Shown: positions 50,630-60,862 of the stretch, piece after piece
How positions within the stretch are numbered: the stretch's first letter is position 1
How the letters are laid out: every line of letters starts with the position of its first letter
From: Acidobacteriota bacterium
GTDB taxonomy: Bacteria; Acidobacteriota; UBA890; WLXD01
Assembly: GCA_965205505.1 (NCBI GenBank)
Contig: CBDBHB010000009.1
Coordinates: 160,001 to 224,000 of the forward strand
Length of the DNA: 64,000 nt
Reading direction: 5' to 3'
Made by a program: the position numbers and the translations under genes
The notes under the pieces: model-generated
The model's input: only the letters and a program-made list of their open reading frames with translations
Told to the model about the DNA's origin: nothing
The model's database searches: none

Positions 50630-52321
50630 ATGAGCATGCTTCGAGCACACTCGTCCGTTGCGCTGGCAGTCTTGCTTTTCACCGTTGCCTGCGCCGATGC
50701 GCCGGATCCGGCTGACCTGGTGCTCCGCAACGGGGCCGTCTACGCGGTCGTTGCCGCCCAACCGTGGGCCGAGGCGGTGGCGATCGGTAACGGTCGGATC
50801 GTTGCCGTCGGCTCGGACCAGGAGATCGACTCCTTGATCGGTCCGGATACCACAGTCGTCGATCTCGAGGGCAAGATGCTGCTGCCTGGTTTCGGCGATT
50901 CGCACGTACATCCGGTTGATAACCGCGGCTGCAATGTGCGCGACATCGTCACCCTCGATGCCGTCCTGGCCGCCATCAGCGACTGTGCCTCGCAGGGAGG
51001 GCAGGACGAGTGGATTCGCGGCGGCGGTTGGGCGCTCTTTCTTTTCGATCAGGCCAACCCGCACAAGTCGGTCCTCGACGAGATCGCCCCGGGGCGCCCG
51101 ATCATCCTCACATCGCAGCACGGCCACTCCGCCTGGGCGAGCTCGCGCGCCCTCGAGCTGGCCGGGGTCACGAAAGACACGCCGGATCCGGAGAACGGCC
51201 GCATCGAGCGTGATCCGGCCACCGGAGCGCCTACGGGCACGCTGCACGAGTCGGCCAGCCGGCTGGTCTACGAGCACATTCCGGACCCGAGTGACGAAGA
51301 GCGTACCGAGGCTCTGAAGCGCGGGCTACAGCTGGCCAACAGCCTCGGCATCACCTCGTTTCAGGATGCGGGCGGGGGTCGGGAGTCGCTGCAAGCCTAT
51401 GCGGCGTTGGAATCACGCGGCGAGCTGACGGTCAGGGCGATCACCGGACTGCGCATCAACGCCGCAGATGGACTCGACAATGTGGCTCGTGTGGTCGGCT
51501 TGCGCGAGGAGTTCGGCGGGGAGCGCTTCAGGCCGACGAGCGTGAAGATCGGTGGTGATGGCTTGATCTACAACCACACCGCGGCCCTGCTCGAGCCGTA
51601 CGCCGATCGTCCAGACTTTCGCTGGCATCCCAACATCGCGCCGCAGGAGCTCAACCCGCTGGTCGCGGCACTCGATGCGGAGGGGTTTCAGGTACACATT
51701 CACGCGGTCGGCGATGCGACGGTGCGCTACGCGCTGGATGCCTTCGAGCATGCACGCGAGGTAAACGGCTCACGCGACGCGAGGCACCACATCGCCCACA
51801 TCGACCTGGCGCACCCCGACGACTTCTCGAGGTTCGCGGAGCTGGGCGCGATCGCCAACTTCCAACCGATCTGGTCGCAGCGCGACGAGATGGTGATCGA
51901 CCTCATCGAGCCACGCATCGGGCCGGAGCGCACGCGATGGGTGTATCCGGTCGGCGCGATCGTCAAGGCCGGGGGCCGAATCGCCTTCGGTAGCGATTGG
52001 GGGGTGTCGTCGATGAATCCCCTCGAGGGCGTGCAGGTGGCGGTTACGCGCCGGGGCCTGAACGCCGGGCCCGGTGAGCCCTTCAACGAGGAGGAGCTGG
52101 TCGATCTGGAAACCGCCATCGCTGCCTACACGATCGATGTCGCCTATCTGAACTTCTGGGAGCAAGAGATCGGCACCATAGAAGCCGGCAAGTACGCCGA
52201 TCTCGTGGTCCTCGATCGCAACCTGTTCGATATTCCCGCGGAGGGGATCCACCAGGCGCGCGTCCTGCTGACCCTTCTGGAAGGGGGGGCCGTGTACGAG
52301 CATGAATCCTGGCGCTGGTAG
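50630..52321 (+). CDS. Amidohydrolase-3 (YtcJ-like) lipoprotein
   Basis: Lipobox TVAC; PGFGDSHVH, HAVGD, RHHIAH, FGSDW, GKYADLVVLD. Confidence 0.93.
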   Translation: MSMLRAHSSVALAVLLFTVACADAPDPADLVLRNGAVYAVVAAQPWAEAVAIGNGRIVAVGSDQEIDSLIGPDTTVVDLEGKMLLPGFGDSHVHPVDNRGCNVRDIVTLDAVLAAISDCASQGGQDEWIRGGGWALFLFDQANPHKSVLDEIAPGRPIILTSQHGHSAWASSRALELAGVTKDTPDPENGRIERDPATGAPTGTLHESASRLVYEHIPDPSDEERTEALKRGLQLANSLGITSFQDAGGGRESLQAYAALESRGELTVRAITGLRINAADGLDNVARVVGLREEFGGERFRPTSVKIGGDGLIYNHTAALLEPYADRPDFRWHPNIAPQELNPLVAALDAEGFQVHIHAVGDATVRYALDAFEHAREVNGSRDARHHIAHIDLAHPDDFSRFAELGAIANFQPIWSQRDEMVIDLIEPRIGPERTRWVYPVGAIVKAGGRIAFGSDWGVSSMNPLEGVQVAVTRRGLNAGPGEPFNEEELVDLETAIAAYTIDVAYLNFWEQEIGTIEAGKYADLVVLDRNLFDIPAEGIHQARVLLTLLEGGAVYEHESWRW

Positions 52322-52385
52322 ACGCGACCACAGGGATACGACCCGTTTCCGAGGCCGGTTCACCGGACACGAAGGAGGTGCCGCA

Positions 52386-53924
52386 GTGAAGCATATGCCC
52401 GCACCAGCCCTGGCGATCGGATGGGCCCCAGTGTGCGCGTTCGTCTTGTTCCTCCCCCATATCGCGAGCGCCCAGCAGACAGAGCCTGTTTCGCGCCTCG
52501 AGTCCGCCGACTGTGTCACCGGGGAGCTGGTCGACGCCAACGCCGACTGCTACCTGTTCTTCGGCCAGGAGGATCGCGACGATCCCAACGGCACGATCGT
52601 CGAGCTGCCGGTGGCGGTGATCGCGCCCGACCGCGAAGGCGATGTCCCGAGCCCCGATCCAAAACCTGACCCTCTCTTCTTCTTCCCGGGCGGGCCGGGG
52701 CTGTCCCCGATGGACAACTTCGACTGGATACGCGGCGATACCGGGAATCGCCCGCTGGTGCTGATCGATCACCGCGGCTTCAGGTATGCGAAGCCGACGC
52801 TTGTTTGCCCCGGCAGAACCATCTCGCCGTATCAGAACGAGCTGTCGCCGGTCATGGTCGCGTCCACCGACACCATGGAGCGGCTGCGCCTCCACGCCGA
52901 GACGGTGCAGCGGTGTTACGAGAAGCTCGTCGACGAGGGCATCGACGTGGCGAAGTACAACGAGTACGACATCGCGCGCGACGTCGACGAGATCCGCCAG
53001 CTGCTGGGCTACGGCAAGGTCAACATCTACGGCTACTCCACCGGCGCCGGGAGCGTGCTGGCGTACCTGCGCTACTACCCCGACAGCGTGCGCGCGTTTG
53101 TGCTCGGGGCGCCCTGGTTCGGCGAGTATCGCAACCGCGCCGCGATCGATGAGTTCTACACCATCAAGCAGATGTACACCGACATCCTGGGCCTCTGCGT
53201 TGCCGAGGATCCGCCCTGCCGCGAGCTGCTTCCGGCCTGGTATTACGCGATCGACCGCGCCCGCCGGGCGCTCGATGCCCGGCCCTACATCAAGACCGTG
53301 CAGACCGAGGATGGCGGGACAGTGACCCTGACCTTCGACGGCGTTGCCCTGATCGCCAAGATCTATCGCCGCTTCTCGGATATCTATATGAAGCTGCCCA
53401 ACGTGCTGGCGCGAGTACAGAGGCACGACTATTCGGCGCTCGACGATTTCTTTGGCACCGATCGCTGGCGCCAGGTGTCTGCCGACGATGTCGACGATCG
53501 GCAGCCCTACGGCTACTACCTGGCCCACATCTGCGGTGACATGGGGGTGAACCGGCCGACCGAGGAAGACGTCGTCGCCATGCTCGAGCGCGAGCCGGCC
53601 CTGGTGGCGTTCGAGGACAACAAGATCTGCGCCTGGTGGGGGGTGGACGGTGCCGTGCCGCCGGAGCACAACGATCGCTTCTACTCCGACGCTCCAGGGC
53701 TGTCGCTGCACGGCCAGGTCGACTCATGCTGCACCACCCGCTGGGGCCACTACTTGGCGCGGACGATGCCCAACCTGCAGATCGTCGAGTTTCAGGCACT
53801 GGGTCACGGCTTGCCGGGGGAGTGCCGGCCGCAGGTGATCTCGAGCTTCCTGAACGACCCGCATACCGAGGTCGATGATAGCTGCACCGACGACGTGCCG
53901 CTGGGTCCCTGGGTCTACCAGTAG
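52386..53924 (+). CDS. Exported alpha/beta hydrolase (TAP-like C-terminus)
   Basis: FPGGPG, IDHRG, nucleophile elbow GYSTG, GQVD, LGHG. Confidence 0.88.
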   Translation: MKHMPAPALAIGWAPVCAFVLFLPHIASAQQTEPVSRLESADCVTGELVDANADCYLFFGQEDRDDPNGTIVELPVAVIAPDREGDVPSPDPKPDPLFFFPGGPGLSPMDNFDWIRGDTGNRPLVLIDHRGFRYAKPTLVCPGRTISPYQNELSPVMVASTDTMERLRLHAETVQRCYEKLVDEGIDVAKYNEYDIARDVDEIRQLLGYGKVNIYGYSTGAGSVLAYLRYYPDSVRAFVLGAPWFGEYRNRAAIDEFYTIKQMYTDILGLCVAEDPPCRELLPAWYYAIDRARRALDARPYIKTVQTEDGGTVTLTFDGVALIAKIYRRFSDIYMKLPNVLARVQRHDYSALDDFFGTDRWRQVSADDVDDRQPYGYYLAHICGDMGVNRPTEEDVVAMLEREPALVAFEDNKICAWWGVDGAVPPEHNDRFYSDAPGLSLHGQVDSCCTTRWGHYLARTMPNLQIVEFQALGHGLPGECRPQVISSFLNDPHTEVDDSCTDDVPLGPWVYQ

Positions 53925-53942
53925 GCTGCGGCCGCCCGGGCA

Positions 53943-53985
53943 CCAACGTTCAGCGTTCACCCTCGCCAACGTTCAGCGTTCACCC
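53943..53985. repeat. Short tandem duplication
   Basis: CCAACGTTCAGCGTTCACCC twice with a 23-bp period, between convergent genes. Confidence 0.8.
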
Positions 53986-54025
53986 CGAGGGCGCGGTCGG
54001 CGCCGCGCACAGGCGCGTTCGGCGT

Positions 54026-54976
54026 TCACCGCAGCAGTGCCCCGAGCACGTCCGGCACGTTGGTGAACATGCCGTCGACGCCGATTCCGATCAGTCGGCG
54101 CATCTCCTCGGGATCGTCGACCGTATAGGGGTGCACCACCAGGCCGCGCTTATGCGCGTCGTCGAGCAGCGCCTGGTCCACGTCGCTGTGGTGCGGCCCG
54201 AGCCCGTTGGCATAAGCGGCGACCTCGCTCAGCTGCGAGCGGATGCTGGCGCTGGTCTCGCGCCAAGGGGCGAGTTGCACTCGGGGTAGCGAGGGCTCTA
54301 GGTCGCGTAGCTTGAGCAAGCTGTCGGGGCTGAACGATTGCAAGATTACCGTATCGTCGTTGGGCGACGCTGGCACCAGGTCGAAGGCGCGCAGCAGCCT
54401 CAGTAGCTCCTCCTCCATGCCGGGTGCGGCCTCGGGGTTCTTGGTCTCGATGTAGAAGCGGGCGCGGCCCGCATAGCGCTCGAAAATCGACTCGAGCGTC
54501 GGGATACGCTGCTCGACGAACTCGGGGCGGGCCCGATCGGGGTGCTCCTCGTTGAACCATGCTCCGGCATTGCAGCGCTCGAGCTGCGCATGGCCTTTCT
54601 CGATGACCGCACCGGTGCAGTCGCTCGCCGGGCCGCGTGCGGTGCGGTCGAGGGTGTCGTCGTGCATTACCACGAGCACTCCGTCGGCGGTCATCTGCAA
54701 GTCCTGCTCGAGGTAATCGGCGTTCATCTCCAGCGCTAGATCCCACGAGGCGAAGGTGTGCTCCGGGGCGTAGGCGGAAGCGCCGCGATGGGCAATGTTG
54801 ATGACCGGTCGGCTCGTCATGACGCTCGTCGTTGTGCCGTTGGCATCGTTGCGGCTCGTTGCGTCGGGGGGTGTGCAGCTGATAGCGACGGTCGCCGCGA
54901 TCAGGGGCAGGGCCAGCCTAATCGATTGGTGCCGATGGCTCGGCCGCGGCGCGGCAAATGGCGTCTTCATCGACAC
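54026..54976 (-). CDS. Glycerophosphodiester phosphodiesterase (lipoprotein)
   Basis: IAHRGASAYAPEHT, LEQDLQMTADG..VMHD, IETK, GVDGMFTN. Confidence 0.95.
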   Translation of the reverse strand: MSMKTPFAAPRPSHRHQSIRLALPLIAATVAISCTPPDATSRNDANGTTTSVMTSRPVINIAHRGASAYAPEHTFASWDLALEMNADYLEQDLQMTADGVLVVMHDDTLDRTARGPASDCTGAVIEKGHAQLERCNAGAWFNEEHPDRARPEFVEQRIPTLESIFERYAGRARFYIETKNPEAAPGMEEELLRLLRAFDLVPASPNDDTVILQSFSPDSLLKLRDLEPSLPRVQLAPWRETSASIRSQLSEVAAYANGLGPHHSDVDQALLDDAHKRGLVVHPYTVDDPEEMRRLIGIGVDGMFTNVPDVLGALLR

Positions 54977-54977
54977 C

Positions 54978-56252
54978 TCAGAACCGGCTCACGTCGCGGC
55001 CGAACGCCAGCGTGGTGAGCCAGTCGAACACCACCAACACCTTGTTGCGCACGCTTACCAGGCGAGTCCAGTACACCGAGCGCCAGAGAACCCAGCTTGC
55101 GAAGCCGCGGCCCTTCACGTTCGGCAGATCGGCGAGCGCCCGATGCTCGCCGACGTAGGCCAGCATGCCGAGGTGGCGGAATCGGAACCGTTTCTCCGGG
55201 CGCCCCGCGGCCATGCGGTTGAGGTTGCCGGCGAGATACTTGCCCTGTTGCTGGGCCACCTGAGCGGTGGGGGGCAGCGGGTCGCCGTCGATCGCGGCGC
55301 AATCGCCGAGCGCCCAGACGTTGTCTTGGCCCGGAACACGGAGCGTGGCTCCCACCAGCAACCGCCCGTTGGGCGACTTCGCCCAGTCGAGGCCGTCGAT
55401 CAACGGTGCCGGCGCGTTGCCGGCCGACCACACGGCGAGTCCGTAGGCCAACCGCTCGCCGTTGTTCAGGGTCACGGCGTCGGCGTCGATCGCGGTCACC
55501 GGTGTGTTGGTTCGAACATCGATGTCCTGGCGTCGGAAGCGGCGTGCCGCGAAGCTGGACAAGCTGCGATCGAACGCGCCGAGAATCGATCCCGAAGATT
55601 CCAGCAGCGTGATGCTAACGTGATCCACCGTGCTGCGGAACCAGCGGTGCAGGTCGGCGTCGATGAAGTCGTGCAGCTCGGCAGCAAACTCCACGCCGGT
55701 CGGGCCGCCGCCGATAACTACGAAGTGCAACAGTTGCGCCCGCGCCTGCGCGTCGATGCCGGGCCGGCTGGCGCGTTCGAGTTGCTCGATGATGCGCTGC
55801 CGGATGGCGCGCGCGTCGGGCAGGTCGCGCAAGAACAAACAGTGCTCATGGACTCCCGGCACACCGAACGTGTTGTTGCTCGCACCCACAGCGACGACGA
55901 GATGGTCGTAGCCCAGGTCGAAGCGATACCCGTCGCTCATGGCCTCGCACTGGATGTGCCGCGCCTCGGGTTCGATGGCCTCGCAGGCCGCCTGATAATA
56001 GGTGAGCTCCCGCACCGAGCGAATCGGCTCGATGATGCTGCGGAACTCCACCGTGCCCACGGTCGTGCTGGGCAGCAGCGGCGTGAACAGGAAGTAGTTG
56101 CGCGGGCTGACCACGGTGACGTCGAAGTGTTTGCGATCGAGCCGTCGCACCACCTGCATGGCCCCGAAGCCGGTGCCCAGGACCACGACGCAAGGCTTGT
56201 TCGCTGCGCTCAGCGGGCTCAGGTCAGCACGTAGTAGATGACGTAGAGCCAC
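54978..56252 (-). CDS. ndh: Type II NADH:quinone oxidoreductase (start uncertain, probably nearer 56215)
   Basis: VLGTGFGA, SPRNYFLFTPLL, IGGGPTGVEFAAEL, ALGDCA, PTAQVAQQQG. Confidence 0.92.
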   Translation of the reverse strand: MALRHLLRADLSPLSAANKPCVVVLGTGFGAMQVVRRLDRKHFDVTVVSPRNYFLFTPLLPSTTVGTVEFRSIIEPIRSVRELTYYQAACEAIEPEARHIQCEAMSDGYRFDLGYDHLVVAVGASNNTFGVPGVHEHCLFLRDLPDARAIRQRIIEQLERASRPGIDAQARAQLLHFVVIGGGPTGVEFAAELHDFIDADLHRWFRSTVDHVSITLLESSGSILGAFDRSLSSFAARRFRRQDIDVRTNTPVTAIDADAVTLNNGERLAYGLAVWSAGNAPAPLIDGLDWAKSPNGRLLVGATLRVPGQDNVWALGDCAAIDGDPLPPTAQVAQQQGKYLAGNLNRMAAGRPEKRFRFRHLGMLAYVGEHRALADLPNVKGRGFASWVLWRSVYWTRLVSVRNKVLVVFDWLTTLAFGRDVSRF

Positions 56253-56368
56253 GAGAACAGACCATGGATGACCGCCCAGAGCACCGAGTGGTGCTGCGTG
56301 AACGAAATGGCAATCGCCAGGGCAGAGCCGAAGCTAACGCCGTGCTTGGCGGCGTCGGATCCTTTCAT
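56219..56368 (-). CDS. 49-aa small membrane protein
   Basis: AGGAGGAGGA RBS + ATG; MKGSDAAKHGVSFGSALAIAISFTQHHSVLWAVIHGLFSWLYVIYYVLT*. Confidence 0.8.
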   Translation of the reverse strand: MKGSDAAKHGVSFGSALAIAISFTQHHSVLWAVIHGLFSWLYVIYYVLT

Positions 56369-56377
56369 GTTCCTCCT

Positions 56378-56421
56378 CCTGTTGCCGTTAACCCTCGACC
56401 TGTTGCCGTTAACCCTCGACC
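56378..56421. repeat. 21-bp tandem duplication spanning the methyltransferase stop codon
   Basis: CCTGTTGCCGTTAACCCTCGA x2. Confidence 0.85.
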
Positions 56422-57170
56422 GTCAGCGCGTACATCAGGATGGAGCCGGCGACGGCGGCGTTGAGCGAGTCTATGCTGCCGGTCATGGGAATCGCGATGC
56501 GCCGGTCGGCGGCCGTCCGGATCTCTTCGCGCGCACCGCGTGCCTCCCTGCCGATGACCAATATCCAGCCGCGTCGCGGGGGCTCCGCCGCTTCACCGTT
56601 GCGCTCTGCCACCAGCAGGTCGAGGTGACGCGCCGAGCGCCAGGCGTCGAGCTCGGGCCAGCTGGCGCGCAGCATCGTCACCCGAACGATGCTGCCGGCC
56701 GAGGCTCGCACCACCTTCGGATTCCAGGGGTCGACCGTGCCGTCGAGTGCCACCACCACGCTCACCCCGAAGGCGGCAGCGGAGCGCACCAAGGCCCCGA
56801 GGTTGCCGGGGTCGCCGATCGCATCGGCGACCAGCACCCTGGTGGCTTTGATGGCCTCGAGGCTCGCCGAAGGCTGCTCGCAGCCCAGCAACACCCCTTG
56901 GGGCGACTCGGTGTCGGCCAGCTCGGCAACGTCGGCATCGGTGGCGTCGATGATTTGCACGCGGGCGCCCTCGAGCCGTTCGATCAGCTTCACTCCGGCC
57001 GGCTGGGCGTGCAGGCGTGGCGACACCACCGCGAAGCGCACCCTGGCGCCGGCGTCGAGCACCTCGGACGCGCAGCGCACGCCCTCGGCGAGGAACATCT
57101 GCTCACGCTCGCGCGTCTTGCGGCGGCGTAGACGTCCGATCAGCAGCCGTCGGCTACGGCTCAGTTCCAT
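56409..57170 (-). CDS. TrmH/SpoU-family RNA methyltransferase
   Basis: DPGNLGALVRSAAAFG, VIGREARG, IPMTGSIDSLNAAVA. Confidence 0.95.
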   Translation of the reverse strand: MELSRSRRLLIGRLRRRKTREREQMFLAEGVRCASEVLDAGARVRFAVVSPRLHAQPAGVKLIERLEGARVQIIDATDADVAELADTESPQGVLLGCEQPSASLEAIKATRVLVADAIGDPGNLGALVRSAAAFGVSVVVALDGTVDPWNPKVVRASAGSIVRVTMLRASWPELDAWRSARHLDLLVAERNGEAAEPPRRGWILVIGREARGAREEIRTAADRRIAIPMTGSIDSLNAAVAGSILMYALTVEG

Positions 57171-57283
57171 AGTTTCCTTGTATTACTTTGAAATACAAAG
57201 TACTCTTAGTTCTTCCAACGGATATAGATCGATACCGGCGTTACTCTCATCGCTCGCGCCGGACGTTGTCACGGAGGTTTCTC

Positions 57284-57718
57284 ATGAGCAAGCTGGATCC
57301 ACGCTGGGTTCGTGCCGGCGCGGTCTACGTCGGGGTAGTGGTTGTGGTGGTGATGGTGGCCTGGGTCGGCCTGTTCCCGGGAACCGGCGAGCGCTTCCCC
57401 GGCGATCCGCCACTCGGACACCCGTACCGCGTCTCTATGGCGGCGGTCGTGCTATCGCTCGCGGTTGGACTCGGTGGTCTGTGCGCGTGGATAGGCTCCT
57501 CGGCGCACAGCTGGATGATGGGCTTGGCCGCCCTAATGCTGGGCGGCATCGTCACCGGCGCGTTCCTCGGCTTGGCGCCGTGGATTCTGTATCCCCACGA
57601 CCAGTACCCGGTCGCGTTCATGTGGTTGGTGGCCGGGGCGCCGACGGGATTTCTCAGCTGGCTGGCCGGGAGCGTTCTACTCGGCCTGCCTTGCGATTCC
57701 GTAACCGATCTCGCCTAG
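57284..57718 (+). CDS. Hypothetical membrane protein
   Basis: GGAGG RBS; four hydrophobic segments. Confidence 0.65.
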   Translation: MSKLDPRWVRAGAVYVGVVVVVVMVAWVGLFPGTGERFPGDPPLGHPYRVSMAAVVLSLAVGLGGLCAWIGSSAHSWMMGLAALMLGGIVTGAFLGLAPWILYPHDQYPVAFMWLVAGAPTGFLSWLAGSVLLGLPCDSVTDLA

Positions 57719-57793
57719 TGTCCTGACTCACGACAGGGTCGGTGACGAACGGCCGACTCTTGGCATTGCCTCGGTAACTCAGCCGAAGCCCCT

Positions 57794-60484
57794 TCAGGAG
57801 CGGAGCACGCCCACCGGGCTGACACTGGTCGCTCGACGCGCAGGGATCCACGCCGCCAGCAAAGCGATCGCAAGGCCGCCGACGCCGACGCCGATGAACA
57901 CTGCGGGATCGGTAGCAGAGACGCCGTACAGCAGCGAGCTCATCAGTCGCGTGGCGGCGAAGGCGGCGGCGAGCCCGATGGCGGCTCCGAGAGCCGCAAA
58001 CATCAGTCCCTGGGCCAGCACCATGCGCTGGATCTCTTTCTCGCGGGCGCCCAGGGCCATGCGAATGCCGATCTCTCGGCGGCGCTGCCCAACGGAGTAC
58101 GACAGCACGCCGTAGGTGCCGATGGCCGCCAGCAGCCCGGCCATGGAGCCAAAAGCGACGAGCAGCACCATTGTGAACCGAGTATCGGCCATGCCGACGC
58201 CGATGGCGCGTTCCAGAGTGCGCACGTTGAAGGCGACGAGCAGTGGGTCGATCTCGGCTATCTGGGTACGGATCGCGGTCATCAGGCCCGGTACATCGGC
58301 GGAGGTGCGCACCAGCTGGAACATGCTCCAGCGACGCTCGGCGAACTGTGTGTGGCTGAAGTACACCTTGGGGGTGGGCGATGACGAGCGCTGTCGTAGC
58401 AGCGTGTCGCCGACGATGCCGATGATCTCGCCGTCGTGACCGCCGGATCTGATCGTCTCGCCAATCGGGTTCGCTCCAGGTCCCTAGCCGTCCGCAACCG
58501 CCGCCTCGTTGAGATACACCGCCCACGGTGCGTCCAGCGTATCGTCCGGACCGAAGCGACGTCCCGCCAGCAGTGGGATTCCCACCAGGTCGAGATAGTC
58601 GCCCGAGATGACGCGGATGTTGGCGAGGTGGTAGTCCCAGCCCGAGTCGCTGTTCGGGTCGGCCACCCCGTACCCCCAAATGTTGTAGGTGCCAGTGACT
58701 GGCAGCCATTGAACCGCGCCGACCGCATCGACGCCGGGGATGCTAGCGACACGCCGTCGCAGCTCCTGGTAGAAGCCCTCACGTTCTTGCGCCGTGTCGT
58801 ATCGGGCCTGCGGCAGCCGTAGCTCGAACGTCGTAACGCCGCTCGGATGCACGCCGGTCTCACGAGTCTGCAGCAGCCAAAAGCTGCGCATCATCAGGCC
58901 CGCCCCGATCAGGAGCACGAGCGCCAACGCGACCTCGCTCACCACCAACGCGGACCGCATGCGGTTGGTGCCCCGGCTGCCGCTGTTGCCGCGGTCGTCC
59001 TCGCGCAACGCCGTCTCGAGGTCTTTCCCGGCGCTGCGAAAGGCGGGGACCAGGCCGAAGACGGCGGTTGTCAACAGTGAAGTGGTGAGCGCGAACGCCA
59101 GCACTCGCATGTCGAACGACATGTCGTTGATGAGCGTGAGGGACTGCGGCGCGAGGCGCAGCAAAGCGCGCGTCATCATCGCCGCCAACGCAACGCCCAG
59201 CACGCCACCGATGAGCGCCAATACGAGGCTCTCGGTAAGCAGCTGCCGAACCAGGCGCAGTCGCCCCGACCCGAGGGCGGCGCGGATGGCGAGCTCCTTG
59301 CGCCGCGTCATGCCGCGGCCGATCAGCAGGTTGGCGACGTTGACGCAGCCGATCAGCAAGACCAGCGCGGTGGAGCCGAGCAGCACCCAGAGCATCGTGT
59401 TGGCGTTGCCCACCGAGTCCTCTTGCAGCGGTTGGATCCATGCATAGCGTCCGTCGTTCGACTCCGGATACTGGCGCGCCAGCTCTTCGTCGAAGGCGGT
59501 GAGCTGCTGTTGCGCCTCGGCCAGCGTCACTCCGGGAGCGAGTCGACCAACGACCGTCATGTAGTGGTTGTCGCGCACGTTGAAGCCGCCGGGCGTCATG
59601 TCGTGTGGCACCCACACGTCGACGTCGTCGCCCACCAGATCGACGAAGGTAGCGGGCATGACGCCGACGATCTCCCAAGCCTCACCATCGAGCGTGACCG
59701 TGCGGCCGACGATCTCAGGATCACGTTCGAAGAGGTTCCGCCACAGTCGTGCCGACAGGATCACCACTCGGGAGTTGCCGTCCTTCTCGGAGCGCTCGAA
59801 CACCCGCCCGGTCATCGGACGCAAGCTGTAGACGTCGAAATAGTCCGATGTCAAGTAAAGTGCAGAGATTCGTTGCGGTGCGCCCTCGCCGGTGAGATCA
59901 AAGCCCATGGGGCCGTAGTTCCCCATCCCCGCCAGCGACTGGAACGTGCTCAGCTGATCCCGGTAATCGGCGTAGTCGAGGGGCGACACAACGTCGAAGT
60001 TTGTCGGGGCGCTCTCGAAGCCACCGCTGCGCGAGTAGTACTGATACACCCGCACCAGTCGGTCGGGCTCCGGGTAATCGAGCGGGCTCAGCAGCACTCC
60101 GTTAACTACCGAGAAGATGGCGGTGTTGGCGCCGATCGCCAGCGTCAGCGTGGCGATTACTACGAAGGCGAACAGCGGCTCGGCCAGCAGGCCGCGCACC
60201 GCAAACCGAATATCCGCTACCAGGTTGCCGATCACGTTGTGCTCACGACGGGGATCTCTCGGTAGACCGCCGCCCAGGCCGGCGGCCGGAAGCTTGCAGG
60301 CGAAGGCGATCGTCTGACGCCAGTACCACAACCAGGCTCGCAGCCTGCCGTGGGTATGTCGCAGGTGCTGGAATTCTTCTTGCAGATCGCCGAGCACGTC
60401 GCGTCTCGACGGTGGCGGCAGCAGTCAGGTGACGAGCGCCGTCGCCAGGTCCGGCGTCTTCCCGTCGCGTGCACGCCGGCTCAC
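57794..60484 (-). pseudogene. ADOP-family permease with two in-frame stops
   Basis: One continuous frame from a GTG overlapping the padR stop; TGA at 60425-60427 and TAG at 58484-58486; typical ADOP motifs. Confidence 0.9.
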
Positions 60485-60801
60485 AGTTCTTCTTCCAGGC
60501 CCTGCCACATCGACAACAGCGCGTCGCGCGAGCCGCGCAGGCGTTCCATGGCGTCGGGCTCTAGCGCGAAGAAGCGCTTCGCTCGGCCGCCACGCTCAGC
60601 GGTCGGCTCGCCGAGCCGCGACGTTACCAGCCCCTTTGTCTCCAGCCGTTTGAGCGCCACGTAGACGGCCGCGTGGCTAGCCCGACGCCCGGTTCGGTCG
60701 CCGATCTCGGCGATGATCGGCACTACGTAGGCGTCGTCGCCAAGCCGCGCCACCGCCAGCATCACCAGCTGCTCGAAGTCGCCGAGCGAGTCGCGTCCCA
60801 T
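60481..60801 (-). CDS. PadR-family regulator (acidobacterial type)
   Basis: LGDFEQLVMLAV, VYVALKRLETKG, ERGGRAKRFF. Confidence 0.93.
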   Translation of the reverse strand: MGRDSLGDFEQLVMLAVARLGDDAYVVPIIAEIGDRTGRRASHAAVYVALKRLETKGLVTSRLGEPTAERGGRAKRFFALEPDAMERLRGSRDALLSMWQGLEEEL

Positions 60802-60862
60802 CTGATTATCCTAGCAAAGTAAGGATCGATTTCCTTGCAATGCTAGAGATACAAAACCGTGA

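Noticed and set aside
53943-53985. CRISPR array
   Set aside because: Only two units with a 3-bp gap; no spacers or cas genes seen anywhere in the window.
60425-60427. TGA recoding or alternative genetic code in the ADOP gene
   Set aside because: The same gene also has a TAG, and TGA is the normal stop for many intact genes in the window.
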